Part shown: one piece after another, positions 1 through 7,610 of the stretch
How the letters are laid out: each line of letters starts with the position of its first letter
How positions within the stretch are numbered: the stretch's first letter is position 1
From: Candidatus Methylomirabilota bacterium
GTDB taxonomy: Bacteria; Methylomirabilota; Methylomirabilia; Rokubacteriales; CSP1-6
Direction: 5' to 3'
Length of the DNA: 19,175 bases
NCBI GenBank assembly: GCA_046726415.1
Contig: JBKPAK010000212.1
Span: forward strand, 1-19,175
Translations under genes and position numbers: made by a program
The notes under the pieces: generated by a model
Database searches by the model: none
The model's input: only the letters and a program-made list of their open reading frames with translations
Told to the model about the DNA's origin: nothing

Positions 1-1697
1 AGGAGCTTGGTGGGATTCGAGTCGAGGTCGACCATGTTGCCGGCTTCTTTGGCCGCCTGGGTACCGCTGTTCATGGCCACGGCCACGTCAGCCTGCGCCA
101 GCGCGGGCGCGTCGTTGGTGCCGTCGCCCGTCATGGCCACCAGCCGGCCCTCGGCCTGCAGATCGCGAATGAGCTTCAGCTTCGCTTCCGGGGTGGCCTG
201 AGCCAGGAAGTCGTCGACCCCGGCCTCGGCGGCAATGGCGGCCGCCGTCAGGGGGTTGTCGCCCGTGATCATCACCGTCTTGATGCCCATGCGGCGAAGC
301 TCGGCGAAGCGCTCGCGGATGCCGCCCTTCACGATGTCCTTCAGCTCGACGATGCCGAGGACCTTTGCTCCATCGGCGACGGCAAGCGGGGTGGCCCCGC
401 CCTTGGCGATGCTGTCGACCATGACGCGGATGGCCGCTAAGAACTCGCCGCCGAGCCGCGTCACCTGAGCCTCGATGGCATCGGGGGCCCCCTTCCGGAT
501 CTGATGCCCGTTCAGGTCGACCCCGCTCATGCGCGTCTGCGCGGTGAACGGGATGAACTTGGCCCCCAGCTTGGCCACGTCGCGCTCGCGGATGCCGTGC
601 TTTTCCTTGGCGAGGACGACGATGGAACGACCTTCCGGCGTCTCGTCGGACAGGGAGGCGAGCTGGGCGGCGTCGGCCAGCGCCCCCTCCGTCACATCCT
701 GGGCGGGCAGGAAGGCGGTCGCCTGTCGATTGCCCAGGGTGATCGTGCCCGTCTTGTCGAGGAGAAGCACGTCCACGTCACCCGCCGCCTCCACGGCGCG
801 ACCCGACGTGGCGATGACGTTCGCCTGGATCATCCGGTCCATGCCCGCGATACCGATGGCGGACAGGAGCGCGCCGATGGTGGTGGGAATGAGGCAGACC
901 AGCAGGGCCACCAGCACGGTGACGGTGACCGGCGTCCCCTGACCGGCCGTGTGGACGCTGTAGACGGAGTAGGGAAGCAGGGTGGCGGTGGCTAGCAAGA
1001 AGACGATCGTCAGGCCCGCCAGCAGGATGTCCAGCGCGATCTCGTTGGGCGTCTTCTGGCGCTTGGCGCCCTCCACCAGGGCGATCATGCGATCCAGAAA
1101 CGCCTCGCCGGGATCGGCGACCACCCGCACGATCAGCCAGTCGGACAGGACGAGGGTGCCGCCGGTGACCGAGCTGCGGTCCCCGCCGCTCTCTCGGATC
1201 ACCGGCGCGCTCTCGCCGGTGATGGCGCTCTCGTTCACCGAGGCGATGCCCTCGACGATTTCGCCATCGGCGGGGATCACGTCGCCGGCCTCCACGAGGA
1301 ACACATCGCCTTTGCGCAGCGCCGTCGCGGCCACCGTCGTATAGGCGGCGCTTCGCTGAGCGGTGCTGAGGCGCTTGGCCTGGACTTCCCGGCGCGCCTT
1401 CCGGAGCGACGCGGCCTGGGCCTTGCCGCGGCCCTCCGCCATGGCCTCCGCGAAGTTCGCGAAGAGCACGGTGAACCACAGCCAGACGGATACGGCAAAG
1501 ATGAAGCCGGCTGGCGCCTCGCCCTGACCGAGCAAGGCCTGGAACCAGAGCAGGGTGGTGAGGATGGAGCCCACGTACACCACGAACATCACGGGATTCC
1601 GGACCTGGCGCTGCGGCGTCAGCTTGCCGAACGAATCGAGCACGGCCTGCCGCACGATCGCGCGATCGAACAGGGGACGCTTTTTGCTCTCGGTCAT
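1..1697 (-). CDS. kdpB: K+-transporting P-type ATPase subunit B (partial, runs off the left edge)
   Basis: Not in the ORF track because it is open-ended; translated by hand. ATG at 1697 after GAGGGGG gives [44 protein letters not shown]. Contains [22 protein letters not shown], the phosphorylation motif [16 protein letters not shown] (~720-770), MITGDN and [12 protein letters not shown]. Lies directly downstream of kdpA. Confidence 0.97.
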   Translation of the reverse strand, partial: MTESKKRPLFDRAIVRQAVLDSFGKLTPQRQVRNPVMFVVYVGSILTTLLWFQALLGQGEAPAGFIFAVSVWLWFTVLFANFAEAMAEGRGKAQAASLRKARREVQAKRLSTAQRSAAYTTVAATALRKGDVFLVEAGDVIPADGEIVEGIASVNESAITGESAPVIRESGGDRSSVTGGTLVLSDWLIVRVVADPGEAFLDRMIALVEGAKRQKTPNEIALDILLAGLTIVFLLATATLLPYSVYSVHTAGQGTPVTVTVLVALLVCLIPTTIGALLSAIGIAGMDRMIQANVIATSGRAVEAAGDVDVLLLDKTGTITLGNRQATAFLPAQDVTEGALADAAQLASLSDETPEGRSIVVLAKEKHGIRERDVAKLGAKFIPFTAQTRMSGVDLNGHQIRKGAPDAIEAQVTRLGGEFLAAIRVMVDSIAKGGATPLAVADGAKVLGIVELKDIVKGGIRERFAELRRMGIKTVMITGDNPLTAAAIAAEAGVDDFLAQATPEAKLKLIRDLQAEGRLVAMTGDGTNDAPALAQADVAVAMNSGTQAAKEAGNMVDLDSNPTKL

Positions 1698-1707
1698 CGC
1701 TTCCCCC

Positions 1708-3513
1708 TCACTTCGCCCCGACCATGGTGAGGTGCTCGACGATCGGCCCCAACGCGAGGGCCGGGATGAACGTCAGCGCGCCGACCAGCACGACCACGCC
1801 GATGAGCAGGGCGGCGAACAGCGGCGTGTGGGTCGGCAAGGTGCCGGGGCCGGACGGCACGATCTTCTTGCGGGCCAGGGAGCCGGCGATGGCCAGGACC
1901 GGAATGGCCAGCCAGTATCGCGCGAAGAGCATCGCGAAGCCGAGCGCCGTGTTGTAGAAGGGAGTGTTCGCCCCGAGTCCCGCGAAGGCGCTGCCGTTGT
2001 TGTTACCGGCCGACGAGAAGGCGTAGAGCACTTCGCTGAATCCGTGGGCGCCAGGGTTGAAGATCGTCGCCCGGCCCCCCGGCGCGACCACCGCGACCGC
2101 CGTTCCGATCAAGACGATCGCCGGCGGGATCAGGATGACGACCGTGGCCATCTTCATCTCAAAGGCCTCGATCTTCTTGCCGAGGTACTCGGGCGTTCGC
2201 CCCACCATCAAGCCGGCCACGAAGACGGCGATGATGGCGAAGATCAGCATGCCGTAAAGTCCCGAGCCCACTCCGCCGTAGACGACTTCGCCGAGCTGTA
2301 TGAGCCACATCGGCACCATTCCCCCGATGGGGGTGTACGAGTCGTGCATCGAGTTCACCGAGCCGTTGGATGCCGAGGTAGTCGCCGTCGCCCACAAGGT
2401 CGAGTTGACGATGCCGAAGCGAGTCTCCTTCCCCTCCATGTTGCCCCCGGCCTGAAGATCGCTGGCGGTGTGATCCACGCCGAGATGGGCGAGGGTGTTG
2501 CCGCGCTGCTCGGCCGTGACGCAGATGGCCAGGAGCACCACGAACATCGCCGTCATGGCCGCCAGAACCGTCCACCCCTGGCGGGTGTCGCGGACCATCA
2601 CCCCAAACGTGTAACAGAGGGCGGCCGGGATCAGGAGGATGTAGAGCACCTCCAGGAAGTTCGACAACGGCGTGGGGTTCTCGAACGGGTGGGCCGAGTT
2701 GACGTTGAAGAAGCCGCCCCCGTTCGTCCCCAGCTGCTTGATGCTGATCTGCGACGCTGCGGGTCCCACCGCGATGACCTGCTCGGTGAGCTTGCTCTTC
2801 TTGGTCTTGGGCTGTCCCTTCTCGTCCAGAACGGGCTTGCCCTGGTCGTCGCTGACCGGATCGTCGTACTCGACAGGCTGGATCACCGCGGCCTTCGCGT
2901 ACGGCGCGAGGTTTTGCACCACTCCCTGCGAAACCAGGACGAGGGCGCCCACGAACGCCAGGGGCAGCAGGATGTAGAGGACCGTGCGAGTCAGATCCAC
3001 CCAGAAGTTGCCAATCGTGTGGGCGGAGCGTCGGGCGAGCCCCCGGATCAGCGCGGCCAAGGTCGCCATGCCGGCCGCCGCGGAGACGAAGTTCTGAACG
3101 GTGAGCCCGAGCATCTGAGTCAGGTAGCTCATCGTCGTCTCACCGCCATAGCCCTGCCAGTTCGTATTGGTGGCGAAGCTCACCGCGGTGTTGAAGGACG
3201 AATCCGTCGAGACGGCGCCGAGCGCCTGAGGGTTCAGCGGCAGCCCGCCCTGCGCCCGTTGAAGCAGATAGACGGCCAGGAGCCCGACGAGGTTGAAGAG
3301 CATCATCGCAATCGCATAGCCCTTCCAGTCCATCTCGGCGCGGGGCGCCACCCCACAGATCCGGTAGATCAGCCGCTCGAGCCAGCCGAGAGGCAGTTCG
3401 AGGGCGAGCCGTTTGCCCTCGTAGACCCGCGCCATGTAGGCGCCGAGCGGCTTGGCGAGGACCAGGAGCACGACCACATACAGGGCGAGCTGGAAATACC
3501 CGTTGGCGCTCAT
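1708..3513 (-). CDS. kdpA: K+-transporting ATPase subunit A
   Basis: 601-aa multi-TM ORF with KdpA pore-loop motifs [47 protein letters not shown] and [12 protein letters not shown], plus [11 protein letters not shown]. Its ATG overlaps the kdpF stop (ATGA). Confidence 0.98.
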   Translation of the reverse strand: MSANGYFQLALYVVVLLVLAKPLGAYMARVYEGKRLALELPLGWLERLIYRICGVAPRAEMDWKGYAIAMMLFNLVGLLAVYLLQRAQGGLPLNPQALGAVSTDSSFNTAVSFATNTNWQGYGGETTMSYLTQMLGLTVQNFVSAAAGMATLAALIRGLARRSAHTIGNFWVDLTRTVLYILLPLAFVGALVLVSQGVVQNLAPYAKAAVIQPVEYDDPVSDDQGKPVLDEKGQPKTKKSKLTEQVIAVGPAASQISIKQLGTNGGGFFNVNSAHPFENPTPLSNFLEVLYILLIPAALCYTFGVMVRDTRQGWTVLAAMTAMFVVLLAICVTAEQRGNTLAHLGVDHTASDLQAGGNMEGKETRFGIVNSTLWATATTSASNGSVNSMHDSYTPIGGMVPMWLIQLGEVVYGGVGSGLYGMLIFAIIAVFVAGLMVGRTPEYLGKKIEAFEMKMATVVILIPPAIVLIGTAVAVVAPGGRATIFNPGAHGFSEVLYAFSSAGNNNGSAFAGLGANTPFYNTALGFAMLFARYWLAIPVLAIAGSLARKKIVPSGPGTLPTHTPLFAALLIGVVVLVGALTFIPALALGPIVEHLTMVGAK

Positions 3514-3602
3514 GAGAAGAGTTCCGGCTTCAGCAGGGCAAGGACGAGGTAGACCAGCAGGCCGAGCGCAACGACCCCACCGACCACGTGAATCACGAGC
3601 AT
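3510..3602 (-). CDS. kdpF: K+-transporting ATPase subunit F (30 aa)
   Basis: Hand translation [30 protein letters not shown]. Single TM with the KdpF-type YL..AL..PE.F C-terminus, an AGGAGG RBS, and an ATGA overlap with kdpA. Confidence 0.93.
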   Translation of the reverse strand: MLVIHVVGGVVALGLLVYLVLALLKPELFS

Positions 3603-3611
3603 GTGAGCCTC

Positions 3612-3695
3612 CTAGAGCCGGTCACACAGCCTGATGAACGCCCACGACAGCGCGAAGAAGATGAGCGCGATGCCCACATACAGCAGGTCGTTCAT
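3612..3695 (-). CDS. 27-aa hydrophobic peptide upstream of kdpF (kdp-associated small membrane protein)
   Basis: [35 protein letters not shown] 6 nt upstream; its TAG stop overlaps the kdpF RBS (TAGGAGG). Confidence 0.8.
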   Translation of the reverse strand: MNDLLYVGIALIFFALSWAFIRLCDRL

Positions 3696-3816
3696 TGAGC
3701 ACCTCCATGGCCGAGGCCAACAGGCTCGTCGCGCGCCTTCCCGAGGCCCGCGCGGCAGAGGTCAAGACAACCGACGCAAGGGCGTGCGGGGAGCATCCAT
3801 CGTGTCATCCCAACCG

Positions 3817-4392
3817 TTAGACGTCCGGCGCTGGGCACAGGTTTCCGGCGGGCATGCCGGCAACCCGCTCCTGGCCCGGGCTTGACGGCAATCTCGCCAG
3901 CGCCCGCAACAAAGCCGAGTGAGTGACAATGCCGACCAGAGAGCCCTGGTCCATCACGGGCAGTCTGCCGATCCGGTGCTCGCGAAGAAGGCGGGCGGCG
4001 GCCTCGAGAGAGTCGTGAGGCGCAACGAAGATGGCCGGCCGACTCATCACCTCACCCACGGTGGTCCCTCGAGCCTTCTGGCATTCGCGGGCGAGGCGCT
4101 CGTGGTCGATGAGCACCCTCCACCACGATAGGCGTGGCCGCGGGCCCAGCCGTGCGACGAGGTCACCCTGGGTGATGATGCCGACCAGAAGACCGCGCTG
4201 CATGACGGGGAGGCCGCCGACGCAACCTGCCACCATCAGGCGCGCCGCCTCCGCAATGGACGTGCTGACGTCGACGGTGATGAGAGCGGGTGTCATGATA
4301 TCCGCGACCACCTTTGCCGGCGGGTGCGCCGCCGCGCGATGGTCAGCGGGGACGGGCCACTCAGCCGCGGGTCGCGAGCGCCATGCGGTCAT
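3817..4392 (-). CDS. CBS-domain pair protein (~191 aa)
   Basis: Two CBS repeats: VADIMTPALITV...LPVM...LVGIITQGDL and VGEVMSRPAIFV...RLPVMD.GSLVGIVT. Start placed at ATG 4392 with GGAGG upstream, not at the ORF-track start 4599. Confidence 0.85.
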   Translation of the reverse strand: MTAWRSRPAAEWPVPADHRAAAHPPAKVVADIMTPALITVDVSTSIAEAARLMVAGCVGGLPVMQRGLLVGIITQGDLVARLGPRPRLSWWRVLIDHERLARECQKARGTTVGEVMSRPAIFVAPHDSLEAAARLLREHRIGRLPVMDQGSLVGIVTHSALLRALARLPSSPGQERVAGMPAGNLCPAPDV

Positions 4393-4756
4393 GGTGGGTC
4401 GCCTCCCGTCTGGCGGCTCGGCCCTGGTGGACCGCGGTCCCGACGCGTTGAGGAGTGCGATCTCGGTGACGCCACTCGGCAGGCTCGTCCGCCACCACCG
4501 CGTCGACCGCCGCCCCGCGCCAGCCGCAGTTGCGTCGGCCGTGAAACTCGAGAGCGATTCGGTTGACGCGAACCCAGAGCGCCATCGTCCCGACCACAAT
4601 GGCCGCCGCCGCGATCTCCGCGGCCACGCGCGCCGCGCCCTGCGGCACGATGATCTCCGCCAGCGCGAACAGCGCGAGCGCCAAGGTCACCGCCGCATAG
4701 AGCGCCTTCCATGCCGGCCGCGGTTTCTCTCTCCTCGAGCGGCCGATGCCATACAT
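4361..4756 (-). CDS. Hypothetical two-TM membrane protein (131 aa)
   Basis: GGAGG RBS before ATG 4756. Basic N-terminus, then two hydrophobic segments (ALYAAVTLALALFALAEII; IAAAAIVVGTMALWV). The 3' end overlaps the CBS gene start. Confidence 0.6.
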   Translation of the reverse strand: MYGIGRSRREKPRPAWKALYAAVTLALALFALAEIIVPQGAARVAAEIAAAAIVVGTMALWVRVNRIALEFHGRRNCGWRGAAVDAVVADEPAEWRHRDRTPQRVGTAVHQGRAARREATHHDRMALATRG

Positions 4757-4804
4757 CTCGGCGCACCTCCGAGCGCACCGACCGTCAGTGTGAGCCGAGA
4801 CCGC

Positions 4805-4856
4805 GTCATGGTTCTGTCAAGATTCACGTCAAGGCCGACATGAAGCTGCCAAGATT
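4805..4856. promoter_or_regulatory. Tandem direct repeats G(T/C)CA(A/T)G in a divergent intergenic region; possible OmpR/KdpE-type binding site
   Basis: GTCATG 4805, GTCAAG 4816, GTCAAG 4828, GCCAAG 4848. The first three are spaced 11-12 nt apart. Confidence 0.35.
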
Positions 4857-4904
4857 GTGACTGACCAGCCTCCCGGATCGGTCGGGCCAAGGCGCTTCGG
4901 GAAT

Positions 4905-4932
4905 TTGCGCCACGGTGGGCGGTCGGTAGGAT
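4905..4932 (+). promoter_or_regulatory. Putative sigma70 promoter for the metallophosphoesterase (near-leaderless)
   Basis: TTGCGC-16 nt-TAGGAT, ending 6 nt before ATG 4939. Confidence 0.4.
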
Positions 4933-4938
4933 ACGGCC

Positions 4939-5511
4939 ATGATGACCACTCAGGTTCCGCCTCCTGTGATGGACAGCGCGCGAATCGGGTTGCTCGCCGA
5001 CTCGCACTGCCACGGTCCGGATGCGAGCGATCTGCCCGCGGCCGTTCTCGAGTGCTTCCGCGGCGTCGATCTCATCGTGCACCTCGGGGACATGGGCGGG
5101 CGCGCCGTGCTCGATCGCCTGCAGACGGTGGCGCCGGTTCTCGCGACGCGGGGCATGGACGATCCGCCCGATGATCCCCGCATCGCCCCGTCCACCCGCG
5201 TGATCGAGGGCGGCGGGCTCGTGATTGGGGCGGTCTTCGACCTCGGCCGCGCCGGCATCGCGGCCATGGACGAGGGGCGTCCGAACTTCGCGGAGACGTC
5301 GCTCGAGGCGGTCCTGCGCGCGGCCTTCGGCCGCCCGGTCGACGTGGTCGCCTTCGGCGGAACGCATCAGGATCTGGTGGCCCACCGCGCGGGCGTGCTC
5401 TTCGTCAATCCGGGAAGCCCGACCTTGCCGGCCCGCGCGGACGGACGCAGGACGGTTGCCGTTCTCGACGTCAGAGATCGGGTGGCCACGGTGGAGATCA
5501 TGCGGGTGTAG
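4939..5511 (+). CDS. YfcE/MJ0936-like metallophosphoesterase family protein with degenerate metal site
   Basis: IGLLADSH, IVHLGD, RGMDD, VVAFGGTH and FVNPGSP occur in the order and spacing of calcineurin-like phosphoesterase motifs. Confidence 0.85.
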   Translation: MMTTQVPPPVMDSARIGLLADSHCHGPDASDLPAAVLECFRGVDLIVHLGDMGGRAVLDRLQTVAPVLATRGMDDPPDDPRIAPSTRVIEGGGLVIGAVFDLGRAGIAAMDEGRPNFAETSLEAVLRAAFGRPVDVVAFGGTHQDLVAHRAGVLFVNPGSPTLPARADGRRTVAVLDVRDRVATVEIMRV

Positions 5512-5545
5512 AGACCGCGGAGCTACGTCCCGGACGTGCCGCCGC

Positions 5546-5574
5546 TTGACGGAGGGGGGGCGGCGGGGAATAAT
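5546..5574 (+). promoter_or_regulatory. Sigma70-type promoter of the tetR-efflux operon
   Basis: TTGACG (5546-5551)-17 nt-AATAAT (5569-5574). Confidence 0.75.
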
Positions 5575-5595
5575 TAATCATTCGTTTAATTGATT
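5572..5595. promoter_or_regulatory. Putative TetR operator (AT-rich inverted repeat)
   Basis: AATTAAtC-attc-GtTTAATT (5572-5591) with an overlapping AATCA-N10-TGATT (5576-5595). A strongly AT-rich island overlapping the -10 and predicted TSS. Confidence 0.7.
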
Positions 5596-5610
5596 CATGG
5601 ACAGGCCAGC

Positions 5611-6348
5611 GTGACACGGGGGCGAATCCGCATCGGGAGACGGCGCGGCCGGCGGCGGGACGCCGCCGGCACCCGCCAGGCGCTGCTGGCGGCGGGGGCT
5701 GATCTCTTCGCCGAGCGGGGGTACGATGGGGTCTCCGTCTGGGAGATCGCCGAGGGGGCCGGCGTCAACCCGGCCATGATCAGCTATCACTTCGGCGGCA
5801 AGCGGAAGCTCTACCTCGCCATCGTGGGGTCCACGTTTTCCGACATCGTGTCGAGCGTGGAACGCGTGGCCGAGGCCCGGCGGCCGGCACCCGAACTGCT
5901 CCGCGACGTCATCGCCGTGGTCAGCGACCTGGCGACGCGGCGGCACCCGCACTTCTGCACCATGATGCGGCGCGAGGTTCTCAGCGGAGGCAAGCGCCTC
6001 GAGCCGCACCTGGTCGACCAGCCGGTGCGAGTGCTGGCCGCCGTGCGGCACATCGTGGAGCGCGGAGTCCGCGAAGGCGCCTTTCGGCCGGTGGATCCCG
6101 TGCTGACCCATCTGAGCCTGGTGGGCAGCCTCGTTTTCTTTTTCGCCACCGCGCGCTTCCGCGAGCGCGTGCTCGCGCACGGTCGCCTCAGGATCGCGCC
6201 CCCGGACGCCGCCGCCTACGTGCAGCACATCCAGGATCTGATCAGCCATGGGCTGGCTTCGCGTCGCCTGGAGACCCGGGGCGATGAAGCAGGCCGGCCA
6301 TCCCGTCGGCCCCCGGCGGCCCGCACGAACGGGAGCCCGCCCGCGTGA
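5611..6348 (+). CDS. TetR/AcrR family regulator (CecR/YbiH-like by context)
   Basis: HTH TRQALLAAGADLFAERGYDGVSVWEIAEGAGVNPAMISYHFGGKRKLY. Start uncertain (GTG 5611 preferred over TTG 5590, which lies inside the operator). Stop overlaps the next gene (GTGA). Confidence 0.92.
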   Translation: MTRGRIRIGRRRGRRRDAAGTRQALLAAGADLFAERGYDGVSVWEIAEGAGVNPAMISYHFGGKRKLYLAIVGSTFSDIVSSVERVAEARRPAPELLRDVIAVVSDLATRRHPHFCTMMRREVLSGGKRLEPHLVDQPVRVLAAVRHIVERGVREGAFRPVDPVLTHLSLVGSLVFFFATARFRERVLAHGRLRIAPPDAAAYVQHIQDLISHGLASRRLETRGDEAGRPSRRPPAARTNGSPPA

Positions 6349-7610
6349 TTTCACCCGCACCCGCCCCCGCGCGAGAGCGAGCGGAGTCCCCGGCTGCCCG
6401 AACGCCTGAGGCGGCTGCCACCCGGCGTCGACGCCCATTGGTGCTGTTGGGGCTCCTGTTCGTCCTGACCTTGGGTGCCGTCGCCATGTGGCGACTCATT
6501 CTCGCTCCGCCCGCGCTGCCTCCCGGGATCATCGCGGTGAGCGGACGAATCGAAGGGGATGACGCCGCCGTCGCGGCGAAGCTGGCCGGGCGGATTCGCG
6601 AGATCACCGTGCGCGAAGGCGATCGGGTCGAGGCCGGTCAGGTCATCGCGATCCTCGACGACGACCAGGTCCGGGCGCGCGAACAGCAAGCGCGGGCCGC
6701 CGTCCGGCAGGCCGCCGCGCGGGCCCGCGTCGCTGACCACCAGATCGCCGTGTTGAACGAGCAGTTGCGGCAGAGTCGGCTCGGCGTCGATCAGGCCCGC
6801 GCGGATTCCCAGGGCCGCGTCAACGAGGCGGAGGCGCGCCTCGCCGCTGCCGAGGCGCAGCTGGCCCAGGCGGAAGCGGCGTACGCGCAGGCGAAATGGG
6901 ACCGCGACGCCTCCGCGAAACTCTACCAGCGGGAGTTGATCGCCGAACAGGAGGCCAGGCGGGCGCGGAACAATGAGGAGGCCCAGGCCGCGGTTGTGGC
7001 GGCCGCGCGGCGCCAGGTCGACGCGTCTCGGGGCGCGCTGACCGCGGCCCGCGCGAACCTCGTCAACCCGGCCATTCGATCCTCGCAGGTCGCGGCGGTT
7101 CAGGGGCAGATCCTTCAAGCCCAAGCCGATATCGCCGCCGCCCAGGCCGACGCCGAACGGGCCCAAGCCCAGCTCGAGGAGGCCCAGGCCAACCGCGAGG
7201 ATCTTCGGGTCATCGCGCCCTTCGCCGGCACGGTGGCCACGCGGACCGCCGAGCCCGGTGAGGTGGTCGTGGCCGGTACGCCCATCATCACCCTGATCAA
7301 CCTCGCCCAGGTATACCTGCGGGCGTTCGTTCCCGAGGGCGATATCGGGCACGTCCGGGTGGGTCAGCCCGCTCGCGTCTACCTCGACTCCGCTCCCGCG
7401 ACGTCCATCGACGCATTCGTGTCGCGGGTCGACCCCGAGGCGTCGTTCACTCCCGAAAACACGTACTTCCGTGAGGATCGCGTGAAACAGGTCGTGGGGG
7501 TGAAGCTGCAGCTCCGCGGCGCGGTGGGCTTTGCCAAGCCGGGTATGCCGGCGGATGGCGAGATCCTCGTGGAGGGCAGCGAGTGGCCAAGGGGAAAGAG
7601 TCGGCGATGA
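6345..7610 (+). CDS. HlyD/YbhG-like membrane fusion protein (efflux adaptor)
   Basis: N-terminal TM anchor, SGRIEG, lipoyl half-motifs (GRIREITVREGDRVEAGQVI; IAPFAGTV...EPGEVV), long Ala/Gln coiled coil, ASFTPEN and KPGMPADG. Confidence 0.93.
   Translation: MISPAPAPARERAESPAARTPEAAATRRRRPLVLLGLLFVLTLGAVAMWRLILAPPALPPGIIAVSGRIEGDDAAVAAKLAGRIREITVREGDRVEAGQVIAILDDDQVRAREQQARAAVRQAAARARVADHQIAVLNEQLRQSRLGVDQARADSQGRVNEAEARLAAAEAQLAQAEAAYAQAKWDRDASAKLYQRELIAEQEARRARNNEEAQAAVVAAARRQVDASRGALTAARANLVNPAIRSSQVAAVQGQILQAQADIAAAQADAERAQAQLEEAQANREDLRVIAPFAGTVATRTAEPGEVVVAGTPIITLINLAQVYLRAFVPEGDIGHVRVGQPARVYLDSAPATSIDAFVSRVDPEASFTPENTYFREDRVKQVVGVKLQLRGAVGFAKPGMPADGEILVEGSEWPRGKSRR

Noticed and set aside
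2790-2875. Charged insertion in KdpA ([14 protein letters not shown]) with a repeated DxxGxP
   Set aside because: Similar extracytoplasmic insertions are familiar in many KdpA proteins; not treated as novel.
1555-3552. 665-aa plus-strand ORF
   Set aside because: Antisense shadow of kdpA. Arg/His/Gly-rich with no motifs, as expected in high-GC coding DNA.
3700-3816. Possible c-di-AMP (ydaO) riboswitch before kdp
   Set aside because: Only a modest GC hairpin (~3731-3753). I could not see the ydaO consensus or an expression-platform terminator; an Infernal/Rfam scan would settle it.
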